Positions 24,107-36,469 of a stretch of 64,000 nucleotides of DNA are shown here, one piece after another (the stretch's first letter is position 1; each line of letters starts with the position of its first letter). The notes under the pieces were generated by a model, which saw only the letters and a list, made by a program, of their open reading frames with translations, made no database searches and had not been told where the DNA came from. The stretch comes from Selaginella moellendorffii (taxonomy: Eukaryota > Plantae > Lycopodiophyta). A program made the position numbers and the translations under genes. The stretch is taken from contig NW_003314335.1 of assembly GCF_000143415.4 (NCBI RefSeq), forward strand, positions 210,856 through 274,855, in the 5' to 3' direction.

Positions 24107-25316
24107 ATGCTGAGCTTGAAGAAATGCAGGGAGCGTTTGCTCGTACCGTGCAATGCGAGGCTCCTGGCGACTGGCACGGGAGGCGGCGGAGGCGATTCCA
24201 AGGGCGGGGGCCGCAAGGGCGGGATAGATTTCGATGCGCTCTTCAAATCGGTGAGTAGGCCACAGGAGAAGAAGGAAGGGGCGGGCGAGCCGATCGATTT
24301 CAAGAAGCTGTTTGGGAATACTGTGGCGGACAAGAGCCAGTTCAAGCTGGATCTCACGCCCCCCAAGCGGGAGGGAGGGACGATCGACAGTGAAAAGCTC
24401 AAGATTGATCTCAGCAAGCTGTTCGCTGATAGTCCTGGCACTAGAACAACGCCTGGCGATGGGGGTCTCAAGGGATTCAAGCTCGATTTGTCCAAGATCA
24501 AGAGCAAGGCTCCTCAATTGCCACCGAAAGAAGGAACTACCAGCGCCGCTCAAGATGTTGCGTGTACCATTTTCTTCTCCTTGCCTTCAAAAATTTTGAC
24601 TTTGCTCTTCGTTATTTGCAGTGAAGAAGATGGGCATTTTGAACAAGTTTGCTGATGTCACCGGCCCGAGTCTCAAGCCTGTTCCTCCAAAAGATCATCT
24701 TTTGGAGAAGGTTTTGTTTTCCTTTTTGTCTCGTTTTTATCTTGCTCCTTTTTCCTGCCTCTTGCAGTATCTTGCTCCGGAGAATATGTCCGCGGCCGAG
24801 TTTCAAAAGATCGAGCTACAGAAAGTGAGAAGCGAGTTTAAGCTGCATGATGCCGACTGTGGTTCCTCTGGAGTCCAGAGTGAGTGTTTTCTATTCTCCT
24901 TTTCTGGTTTCTTCACTTATTCATCGTGCCTTTGTTTTACTCCGAAGTTGCAGCGCTGACGAAGAAAATGAGCTTCCTTTCCAAGCATCTTATGACACAC
25001 AAAAAGGCAAGCTTGTTTGATTTATTATCTCGAAGGACGCAAGCTAAGAAATCTGGAAATGCAGGACGTCCCTTCGCGTCGAAGCATGAACACAATGGTC
25101 CAGAGGCGGAGAAAGCTCATGATTTATCTCCGGCGCACCGACTGGCCGATGTACTGCTACGTGATCAGCCGATTGTTACTCAAAGATAGGATCCAAGTCT
25201 CCAACCGAGCGATGCAAGCGGGCACCAAGAAGAAAACCATGAAGGACAAGCGGCGAAGGAAGAAGAGGAAGGTGAAGAAAAGCGAGAAATACAGGAAGAA
25301 AGCTAACGACGTTTGA
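24107..25316 (+). CDS. RPS15: Mitochondrial ribosomal protein uS15m (S15 family) with a long N-terminal extension
   Basis: MSAAEFQKIELQKVRSEFKLHDADCGSSGVQ..AALTKKM..LSKHL..HKK|DVPSRR...MVQRRRKLMIYLRRTD. GC-AG intron at 25007-25064. Telo box AGGGTTAGGGTTTT at ~24080. Confidence 0.9.
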
Positions 25317-26265
25317 TTGAGGTACGAGACTTACATTATTTATTCTTTCGAATGTTCCAAGCTTTAGAAAATGTCTTTCAGGCTTGAAGCGACTTGGAAA
25401 GGAAATTCCTTGTACAATCTGTGGCAGACTAGCGCTCCCAGCTTTCACTTATTTCCTTGAGCTCATCCCAGAAAGGTACCTACAAAGTTCGAGTTTTGTG
25501 GGATAACTTTGAAGTCTCTGTTTTGATTGAGCTGAAGGACTAGAACTCGAACTTTATAGGTGTTTTCATTCTCTCGTCATGATCCCTGGCGATATCTCTC
25601 CCGCTCGAGCAGTGGTTTGGCAACCAAAACCTCGCTCTCACTGATCGAGCTCGAGTCTGGAGCAAAGCTCGGGAGCACGAGGTTACACTCCTCTCCATAA
25701 ACTTTCCCCGTGAATTCTTCACTTGATATCACCACACTGGGTTCCTGGCACCGTTGAGTCTCGTCTAAATCCTCCCTGTCAAAGCTTGGGTCTGGAAGAG
25801 CACGCCTAGTCGGAAATCAGAATAATAAAGCTTTACAAAGCTAGATTTTTTGTTTCCTGGCCTGATCCCGTTATGCTCTAGTCGCCAAAAGTTGATGGCT
25901 CATTAGATGCATAGATGGAAAAAATATGTCAACTATCCAATGACTTTTAAAATGTATTTTATAATGGGTTAAGGCTTGATTGATTGTGGAAAAGGGTAAA
26001 AGAGGGTTAGTAGTGTAGGGTTTGATTGTGTAAGGCTGTGTGAGGAGCAATTGCAGAGGCTGCAGTTTTGGCAGGGTTGCCAATTGAGGTTGCAAGGCAT
26101 CTTTTTGGCAGCAGTGAGTGCTGGGATAGGGCAACCAGTGTGGAGTAGCCATTGTTTTGGTGCATGCAATCAAGAATATCAATAGCAAACCAGTTCACAG
26201 GTATAGTTAAAGTGGTTTGTGTGCATAACTATCTTACAACCTCTACCACTTTTTTGTTGGTAGCA

Positions 26266-26898
26266 ATGATATCAGAAGAGTATCATTGCAAAGGGCATAA
26301 ACATTTAGCTGAGCAATTTGCACAGTTTCTTGGTGATGATGCATTGATAGTGAAGGTTACAAAGACACACTTTCGTCAAAGCCCCCTTCTAGTAAGCTAT
26401 TTTCAAGTTTATATTCTTTTATTTCTTGTTTTTTATTGTAGAGTGTGAAGCCAAGTTGGGGGCTTGCAATGTTTGGACATACTAAGCACATTGTGGAAGT
26501 GACTTGTGGTGATAATGGTATGTAATTCCATATAAATTTTGACTATGTCATTAATAGGTTCTTCTTTTTCTTTAGGAAAAACATTTACACTCCGATGGGG
26601 TGGGAGGAGGGAATTCCTAGGAGGCAAGGATTGGCTGTACTATTGTGATGATCGTGGGCTAAAGGTTGATGATTATATCGTGCTTTACTCCCCAAATCCA
26701 GATAACATGCATATTTGGGCTTTTCCTTCTGCAATTGCATCTCAAGTGGTAGAGAGGCCTTTACCACTCAATCTGTTCCACCTTACTGCACCATCTATTT
26801 CTATGGAGACTGGTGTGGTAGTGAAGGAGATGCAAACACCACCTATGCCTATGATAGAACAAGCTCCAAGTGTTGAGTGCACAAACTTTTCGAAGTAG
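26266..26898 (+). CDS. Divergent B3 DNA-binding-domain ORF (3 exons, ~174 aa; possible 4th exon to ~27039) inside the TE island
   Basis: Exons 26266-26391, 26442-26517 and 26576-26898 join in frame via canonical GT-AG introns: ...IVKVTKTHFRQSPLL|SVKPSWGLAMFGHTKHIVEVTCGDN|GKTFTLRWGGRREFLGGKDWLYYCDDRGLKVDDYIVLY. This fits the B3 pattern (K.LT...L.IP...V.L...GK.W...GW..F..DN.L..GD.V.F). Confidence 0.6.
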
Positions 26899-29800
26899 GT
26901 ATTTTTTTTTCATGGTTTAAACAATTTGAATTTTCTTTGTAGGAGCATAATGGCTAATGATAGTATGCAAGTTAAGGGTGTTATGCAACCAAGGGCTGAA
27001 TTTCCTAAGTTATCTTGCTTACGATTTCTTGCATGGTGAGACATTTTAAAATAATGATAACCTTGTTGTGTGGTATGCAATACAACCATAAATTTAGTGG
27101 TAAACCACTAATAAGCTAGAACATGTATACATTTTTAAGATAGGTACCACACACAATAATACAATAAAACGTTGTATAGTATAACTATTATTGTGTATGA
27201 TTGTCTTTTTCTATAATGGGCCATGGTGGGTAATGTTATTTAGTGGCATATGATTCTCTAGTAGCACTTGGTGCTAGAATGTTGTGTTTTAGTATTGCTT
27301 TACTTCTTTCCTTTATCCTATCTTTCTCTCAAGTCTAAAAGTTGGGCAAAATTACTTTTAATATATGTGGTTTTGACTTTATACCTTATAGTGAAATACC
27401 ATAGAATAATCATGGATTGAAATCTAACCCTTAGACACATGTGTTAGGGTAATGAGTGGGACTTGAGTTTCAAAGCCTTGGGCCATTAAATGAAGGGATG
27501 AAGCTAAATTCCCAAGTGTTACATAGGATGTATAAGATGTATTATATTGATGTCCTTGCAATGCATATTCTAGCCTAGACCATTACTAATAAAAAAACTC
27601 CAAAAAAATTCACAATGTTCATATTCTATAAGAAATGCACCAACTTAAATGAGTTATAAAATTATATCTTTGTTTACACAAAATGTGCTAATACTCAGAT
27701 ATTGCGTTTGTGATGTGGATCTGGCAATGGAGTTCCATACATGTTATATAGTCAACGAGATGTGATAATCTAACCTTAACCAATAAAGAAGTGACTAATG
27801 GAGTCAACTACCTTTGTTGTTTTGGATGTCACTCAAGTTACAAAAATTGATATGCCTTTATTTATAGGTGATATAGAGAAAGAAGCCACCCCTTATCAAA
27901 CAAGCCAAAATAATTAGTAAAGTTTAAATAGACTATTATAGATAAGTAGTTAGAATTGTTTACACAATCACACTCTTTTCACAAATAAAAATATCAAGAG
28001 AGAAGCAAGTGATGTGATTAGCTTCCCTATAATTAGAGTTTTCACTAAGCATATAAAGTGTCACAATGTAGCACATATAGTTTTCACCCTTTACCCTATG
28101 ATAATTACCACAGGATAACCATGAAGCAAAACATAAACCCTTGGCCATGTGTCCATGGGCAGCAGAGTGGAACTTGAGTTTTAGGGTGTTTAAGCCACTA
28201 AAGGAAGGGACTAAGCCAAACTCTCAAATATATAATTGAGTGAAGGAACCATAGTATAAAATAACTCTCAAGTAGTGAGCCTAAGGAATGGAGGGATAAA
28301 AGCACAAAGTGACATTAGAATAGTCTTAAAACACTTAGCATCCTATCATCAAGACCAACATGCAAAATAGAGTCAAACATGGTTTAACAATATTTTAGTA
28401 TACTAGTAGTCTAACACAAGAATATAAATACTCCACTAACTAGCATCTAGGTTATACCTCAAAGCTCAAGTTTTAATTGTAGTTTAATACAAATATTATA
28501 AACTTTAAAATATTAAGGTTATGGCAAACTTAATAATTTCATAACTCTTTACACATTATATTGATAAAAGTGTTCTGAAGGACACTTCTTGTTCTAACAA
28601 TTTAAATATTTACTACATTCTATAATACGATGTATGTTAGAATATAAACTAAGATGTTTGCAGAAAAAATATCCTCATCACTTCCTTGATTTTGTACTAT
28701 GTGCTTTCTAACTAGTAAATATTAGGTGTATCAGAATTTTAAAATTATTAAATTTGAAATAAGATTCTATATAAGGCCATATAACCGTATAAAAGGAAAA
28801 AAAACAACTGTTAATGTAAGCTTGTTGTATATAAAAGAGAGACTTAGTTTTTTCTAAAATACATTTTTGAGGGATTTATCATAACATACTATCTAGAATT
28901 TATGGATTTTCACTTACACTCTCATTCAAAGAGAGGGAAATACACATAAATGTCTGTGGATTCTAGTGTTGGTAATTTTAACTTTTGCAATTTCTTTTTC
29001 TAAGGTTTAAGGGCTAAGAGATACAATAGCTATCCCATTGTACAGCATAATTAAACCACACAAGAGAAAAAAAGAAAGGATAATGAAAATAGTGATTATA
29101 TATTGAAGATAAATGTAATAACAAAGGGTGTAATAAATTGGGTGAAAAGAATGCCTCCTATTTATTTTAGAAAATTGTAATTTTGTGACTTTTAAGAAAT
29201 GTTTCATATATTTTCTGACTTCTGGTGGAAATAATGGCGAAGATCAATATTGGTATATATGTTCTCATGACACATTACAATATTATGCACCTAAAAGACT
29301 CATAAAATATTTTTTGAGATGGTAAAGATAGAAATGGAGATATATGATAACTATGGGAAGTATTATGAAAAGAACACATGTAAATATATAAATAAAAAGT
29401 AAAATGAAAAAATATTTATTTATTAATTATATAAAGTATAATAAGTTTATAGCAGTGATAGAGAATAAACATTAATAGTCTTGGCAAATCTAGTTAACTT
29501 CAAAAGTCTTTTACGATTCAACACTAGTAAAGCTTGTTTGGTGAATATGAATGTCCACTTTAGGATTCTAGTGTAAAATGTTGATAAAAATGTAGTATAT
29601 ATGCTTGTAAAGAGTATATGCCTTCCCATGTTCCTCAGTACAAAAAGAAAAGTTTTAAATGGCAATTGTGTGCTCTCTACTTTTTATTTTGATTATATAC
29701 TCCTTTACAAGCACAGTGATATATTTTATGGAGAGAATCTTACACTTAAACATTTGAGTCAAGCCTATTTTATTTTGCTTCTACTTAGAGATTGTACTTA

Positions 29801-30779
29801 CCTTTTCTTATTAGTCTCTTATGCATCTTTATGGGAATAATCCTGGTTCTATCATTTATATCTCCAACTCTCCTCTCAAGATTGAAACTAAATTTCTCAA
29901 GGTTTTCAATTTCATTCAAGGTGAGTGCAACCCCATTAGCAACTAGCTATTCTTTAGGTACTTTATGAAGTTTAGTTACTGTCTTTAAGCCACTTTGTAT
30001 GGTTGATATCGGTGTTGCAATAATACAACCAACACCATCTTGAAAATCTTGTTTGCTTTTGTGCCCCATAAAAACATAGGGTTGGAACAAAAGCAAAATA
30101 TGGATCCAAGCCTAACATTTGCCCTTCGGTAGCATCCCCACACACCTTATATTGGATTTTGCTAACACTTGGTGGATTACCCATTATCTTAACTCCACGC
30201 TAGAATAAACAATTTCAACCTATTGTAATGCACTTTTTTCATCAGCCATTTGAGGTGGCTCAGTCCAAGGGTGGTGCCTTAGAGCAAAATGGTATTTAAC
30301 ATTAGGTTTGTGAAAACGTTTTGCTCTAAGGTCCGTGCTAACATCTTCACCAATAAAGGAAAAGCGACACTTTGAGCAAAACAATCTTCATATCACTAAT
30401 AAAAGCCTAGGGAGTGTGCTCTATAGATGTGCCATGAACCACTTCCTCAACTGTAATTGCCATTATTCGGGTAAGTGGAATTAATTTTCTCTTCATCCTA
30501 ACATATAACATCTTAATAAAAGATCTTGTTACCATATATCTTCCTTCCTTGAATGTTAATGCTTTTAAAGACTACTTTATAACGTATATCAAATTTGATA
30601 GATAAGTTTTGTATAGATTCATTTTCCCTTTCCCTACCTCAGAGGAACACCAACTCCAGTACTTTTGGAGAGATTCATAATTGGGGTGTATAAGAAGTTC
30701 TTAAATGGTTGATCATAATGGAAAAGACAATATTAAGAAGCAATAAAATGAGAAGAAAAATAGAAACTAACCTGAAGAG

Positions 30780-32300
30780 AGTGATGTCCCCACTAGAACA
30801 TCCTAACTTCCCACCACCCTAACCAAGACTCAAGTTGTGGTAAATAACTTATATCTATATGACTACCTTCACGCCACCATATTCAAATTTCATTTATTTT
30901 TGCCTTATGCTCTTCTTCAGAAGGTGCAACTTGCTATTATTTGCATAACTCCTTAAATATTGATTGAAACTCTAGCTTGATAAGGTGGTAATATTGGTTT
31001 AGGCTTTGAGCTCAATGGAACACATAAGTCCTCTCATAACCTTCCAATAGCTGACCATTTTTAAAAACTACTCAGACACCATTCTAGTTTGCACCATCTG
31101 CCATAAAACTGCAAAAGTTTATAGGCTTACCAATTTGCTTTAGTACAATATCAAAAAAGGATTTCTAAAATATTTCCTAGGCTATTTGGTCTTGTACTTT
31201 AAACATTGCTGTCGCAATTATCAAGTTATATGTATCTTATTAAAACACAAATATTACAACCCTTTCAATATAATAAGAATAAAAATTACTTTGGATCAGA
31301 CTTATTGTAGATATCTTGAAGATGAAGGAGCACTCTTGTTCATTCACAATTTAGTTTAGAAATAAACTTTTATAGATGAACTCATATGAATAAGTCTATT
31401 TTAGTTCAAGGATGGAGTCAATTTTTTATTGCAACTTCTCCTCTCAAGACTCATACATCTAAGATTTTATCCTAAACAATATAATGTAAAAAAAAAAATT
31501 ATTGTAACATATAAAATACAATGGACTTACCTCCTTAGGCTAGTAGCAGGTTGCAAACACCTTACTCAATCCAAGCTGCTAAAAAACTCAACTAAACAAA
31601 ACTAGCTTGTGGGATTTACTATAAGGAGTTTGCAATAAAATCCTTGAGAATGGTCTTCTAAATATGTTTTGGAGTTGTAAATGAGTTTTCACAGTCTCTT
31701 CTTGCACAACATCTTTGAAACAATTGAAAGAACTCCTTTATATCCCTTCTTACATTGGATGCATATGTATGCCAACATACACTGTAGCTCTTCTAGCCAC
31801 TCCATCTTATAGAAGAAAGTAATACATTTTGGCCTTGCAGATAGCACAACATAGAGGAACATTTTTGTAGAATCAACACTTGAATTCAATAGCAATAGTA
31901 TCATAGGCAGGAGGATTGATTACAAACCCTTCGAAAAATATAAAATTTTTATAGCGATCTTGACTGCATGTTTCATCTACGTAATCTAAATGCCCACCAT
32001 AATAAACTATAAACACTGTGCATTCAAAATGTTAGAAATGTGTGGTCTTGATCTTGCACCAATTATGAATATCCTATTTGGTTTCCATCCCCTTCTGTTT
32101 GGAATCTGTGTTGTTGATAAAAGATGGTATCTTGAAGAAAATGTTGCCATTGTAAGAGGATGGAAGCTCACTCACAAGCCTATGCAAAAACAAGCACACA
32201 TTGATTGAGAGATGCAAAAATTTGAAAGCTTTGCTAATGGCTTTAAATACTGTTGAAAATGAAGTTGGTGAATTTGGTGCTGGCACTAATATAACTTCTC
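30780..32300 (-). pseudogene. Fossil MULE-like DDE transposase with an N-terminal GCM/WRKY-fold-like Cys/His domain
   Basis: Minus-strand, stop-interrupted, colinear motifs: VSELPSSYNGNIFF..GMETK*DIHNW..GGHL; KC*..P.CC.ICKAKMYY..RATVYVGIHMHP; IDSILELK; FIFKIS; FCSFMADGAN; ERTYVFH*AQSL; IWWR...LESWLGWWEVR..WG. Family assignment is from memory of non-seed-plant repeat proteins. Confidence 0.6.
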
Positions 32301-33449
32301 CACTTAAACTAAAAAAAGACAAGAGGATAATGGTTAACTCTTGTCTCACATTCACTTTGGTTGGAGAATATCTTGGCATTTTGATTAGAGATCCAAAAAC
32401 TCAAATCTCTTTTGACTTAGAATTTTATAAATCCCATTGCTGTTTGCCCTCACCCACACTAAAAAGAAGAAATTATGAGTATGCAATTATACTAGTGTTG
32501 TTGCAAATCATAGCCTCTAAAGAAATAAAGCTAAGATGAAGATCAAAACATTAATATAAAAACTTTCATAAACAATACTCTGAGAGAATGAAAAAGTTTG
32601 GTGATCTTGAAAATGTAGAAGACACTTCTCCATCCTTCTTAATAAGTTTTGGAGTTCTCTCTCTTTATGCTACTTGTAAAAATCCACAGTGAGATATAAT
32701 TGAAATTTAAGGAGAGCAATGTCAACAATGTATAAAATGAATTTAAATTTTATAGCAAATTTAACATGTGTAAGTGTGATAGTATTAATATTATTGTAAT
32801 CTATTATGATGTCTAATGCATGTATGTACATAGATCCAAGGAAGGATTTTCAACATTTGAAGTTTGATAGTTAATAATGATATCAGTAATGATATTTTGC
32901 TATAGCGTGTCAATCTAAGAGATCTAGTCTAACAGTCAGTATGTGTGATATGTCAAGTTGTCAAATTTTAAGTGCTAGATAATGATAAATCTCGTCATAT
33001 TGTACTATATTAATTTATAAATGTATGAATCCTCATCCAGAAATTTATTTGTGCTGTATTAGATCATGTACAATAGACATGTGCTTTAAATGTTATTGAG
33101 CAATGTTCACAATTATGGATAAAACTCAAAATTTTAATGTGCCTTATTTATACTCTTTGAAGTTCTTGTAATGATTCCCAAATATGTGAAAAATATTGAT
33201 GAGAATGCATCCTTTCTAGATAATTTGGAAAAATAATATTATATCTTTAATAATAGAAACATTGATAGGTGCTAGTTATATCATCATTAATATATGAAAA
33301 AAGAAACCATAATTCATATATAATATAATGATAAGATAAAATAAGATCAAAGATATTGTGATAGTTGAGATTTAGGTTGAGATTGGTTAGGGTTAGGGCA
33401 TCCATCATGATTAGGGTTAGGGTAGCTGCTTACTTTTTGTCCCATGAGT

Positions 33450-33620
33450 GAAGTGCACGAGAGATTGAGCGCACGAGAGTGCAAGAGATTGAGCGTGGGA
33501 GAGTGCAAGAGATCAAATGTGAGAGAGTGTGGAAGATCGAGTGCACAAGTTCGAACATGAGTTGAGATCGAGAGTATGAGAGTTCGAGTGCTCAAGTTGA
33601 GATCGAGAATGTGAGAAATC
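33450..33620. repeat. Imperfect ~22-bp tandem repeat, preceded by TTAGGG-like tracts (33385-33423)
   Basis: GAGAGTGCAAGAGATTGAGC-like units; GGTTAGGGTTAGGG and TTAGGGTTAGGG just upstream. Confidence 0.6.
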
Positions 33621-33642
33621 CAGCTTGAATTAAGAGATTAGG

Positions 33643-35314
33643 ACCAAGGTTATTCAAATAACCTCAGCCCTTTAGGCCATTAAAGTGCTCAAAGTCGAGC
33701 TCTAGCCAGCCACCTCGGGCACTTTGGTGGTTTGAGGGGTCAAGGTTATTCAAATAACCTCACCCCCCAAGCCACTAAAGTGCCCGAGGCCACTTTAGAC
33801 ACTTTGGCTGCCTAGGGGGCCAAGGTTATTCAAATAACCTCAGCCCCTTGAACCACCAAAATGCCTAAAATCAAGCTTAGGTTGGCCACTTTGGGCACAT
33901 TGGTGGCTCGAGGGGCTAAGGTTATTTGAATAACCTTGGCCCCTAGGCCACCAAAGTGCCTAAGGTCGAGCTCGAGCCAGCCACCTCGGGCACTATGGGT
34001 GCCTAAGCAGCCAAATTTATTTAAATAACCTTGGCCCCCCAAGCCACTAAAGTGCCCAAAGTCGAGCTTGGGCCGACCACCTCGGGCACTTTGGCCGCTT
34101 GGAAGGCCAAGGTTAAAAATATTTTACTTCTCTAGACTTCTCACAAGCCCAAAGCCACGTGACCTGATACCTTAGCTTCTCGAATATGCCAATGTGCGAT
34201 TCTTATTTAAATAATCTCAGCCCCTCGAACCACCAAAGTGTATGAGGTCAAGTTCATGCTGGCAACCTTGGTGGCTTGAGGGGTTGAGATTATTTGAATA
34301 ACCTTGGCCTTTAGGCCACCAAATTGCTTGAGGTTGAGCTCAAGCCGGCCACCTCAGGCACTATGGCCATCCAGGGGGCTAATGTTATTTAAATAACCTT
34401 GGCCCCTTGGGCCACTAAAATGCCTAAAGTCGAGCTTGGGCTAGGCACCATAGACACTTTGGTGGTTTGAGGGGCCAAGGTTATTCAAATAGCCTCAACC
34501 CCTCAAACCACCAAAGTGCCCTATGAAACACAAATCCCTAAACCCCAAAGTGGAGCTAAAAGGGTGCCACGTGATAGTGGCTGAAGCAAAAGCCAAATGA
34601 GCATAATACGTTTGGACTAAGAGCTCCAACTTGAAGAGTCAAGAGTGGGGGTGGAACTCCCGAAAAAGTGCTCAAGAAATGAGTATGAAGTGAGCAATAA
34701 GAGAGTCTCTAGAAAAGGAACACAAGAGGACCCAAGATGTAGTCTAAGATGCAATCCGAGATAGACCTGAGATAGAGTTCGAGATGGACCCGAGATGTAG
34801 TCTGAGATGGACCCGAGATGGAGTCCGAGATGGAGTCTGAGATGGACCGAGATGGAGTCCAAGAGGGAGTCCGGGATGGAGTCCGAGATGGACCAAGATG
34901 GAGTCCGAGATAGACCCGAGATACAGTCCCAGATGGAGTTCGAGATAGACCCGAGATGGAGTCTGAGATGGAGTTCGAGATGGATTCTGAGATAGAGTCC
35001 AAGATGGAGTCTGAGATGGACCAAAATGGAGTTTGAGATGGAGTCCGAGAGGGACCCGAGATGGAATCCGAGATGGAGTCCGAGGAGGACCCGAGATGGA
35101 GTTCGAGGTCGAGACCAAGACCGAGACCGGGATCGGGACCGAGACTAAGACTAAGACCGAGGCCGAGGCCGAGACTGAGCCCGAGCCCGAGTCCGAGTCT
35201 GAGTCCAAGTCCAAGTCCGAGTCTGAGTCCAAGGGTGAAAGCCCAAAGTTTGGCCCAAATCAGCCACCTCAAGCACTTTGCTAGCTCGAGAGGCTGAGGT
35301 TATTTGAATAACCT
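33643..35314. repeat. Array of ~95-bp palindromic units (11 copies of the GGTTATTYRAATAACC core), interrupted by an ~85-bp insert and a truncated LTR
   Basis: Cores at ~33648, 33744, 33824, 33920, 34015, 34111 (partial), 34201, 34288, 34383, 34479 and 35298. Inter-core segments are themselves imperfect inverted repeats (CCACCAAAGTGCC...GGCACTTTGGTGG). Confidence 0.9.
34523..35250 (+). mobile_element. Truncated LTR of the same family as the 39704-47199 retroelement
   Basis: Colinear similarity to 39704-40520: ACACAAATCCCTA..CCCCAAAGTGGAG..AGGGTGCCACGTG, the GAGATGGAGTCC array, GAGACC/GAGTCC tracts and AGGGTGAAAGCCCAAAG. Confidence 0.85.
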
Positions 35315-36469
35315 TTTTGTGGGGGGGCTCTAAATATATAGTAGGGATAGTGAGTAAATGAAAACCATATGTGTTAGATTTATATAAAAAGATACGACGC
35401 AACAAATACTATCTAATGAGATTGAGGAACTAATCTTATGCATATATAGATATCAAAATGATGATCCAATTGGAGTACATACTTGGTTGCAATGGCTTTG
35501 CATGTGTCTTTTGGGTATGGATTTGAGATGTACTATTTGCACAAATTTGCGCTTAGGCTCATGAGTGAGGTGCATTAACAACTTAAAGTTATATTTTGAG
35601 TAGGTAGGATTAATGTTAATTTATCAATGGTTACTATGAGTTGTTTCATGTATTGTGGGTGAAAATAAACTTGCTATGAATTTGCTATGAGTGGCAAATA
35701 GGCTTGTCCATAGCTATTTAACATAGATCTTTCCTAGGTATGATTATGAATGGATTAATCAAGACTGTGGGGATTAGTCTATTGGTTCAAGTAGTCATTA
35801 TTATGCTCTCTCATAAACTTTTCTTGGATTTGACTGAAGGTACTGCAAATACAAATTTAAGGTTTAGTTAAAGTCGAGATTGAAAAAAGAGATATATAAA
35901 TCATTTTCTTTTCTTTGAGAGATGATCTACAACAAAGTGCGATCTCATTACTTATATTCACATCATGCAATCAAAAGTCCCTATCTTGATGTATGTTAGT
36001 TATGATAGTCTTATAAGTAGCTTCCTATATCATATCTATATGATTGTAAGTAATATGTTACAAAGTTGCTTAATCAAACAATGATCAACCCCAAATTAGT
36101 TTACTTGCACATAGTATCATTGTAGTAGTTGTGACTAGTTTCTCATTAATAAACCATTTTAAGCTAAATTAACATTGGTATTTTAGTTCCTTGAGGGTTT
36201 GCCCATTGATGTTTTAGACATTTATTTGCTGTAACTTGCTAGTTAATCCATTAGTACTTGGAGTAGATAATTAAATGGAGAAGGTGTATAGTTAAGGTAT
36301 TGACATTACTAGCATTTGTATTAGTGGAAATGGCATTATGATGTCAAGTGATGAGGAGGTTTTTTTAGAACTTGATTTTTCATGTCATTCTTTTTTTTAG
36401 TGTTTTGGCTTCAAATTGTAAGCTCTTGAATTTAGACTTCCCAGGATATCACTTAGCCCAGCACTACTC

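Noticed and set aside
33385-33423. Interstitial telomere
   Set aside because: Only two short TTAGGG doublets, too short to call.
33643-35314. CRISPR array interpretation
   Set aside because: Eukaryotic context, no cas genes, and the spacers are homologous to each other.
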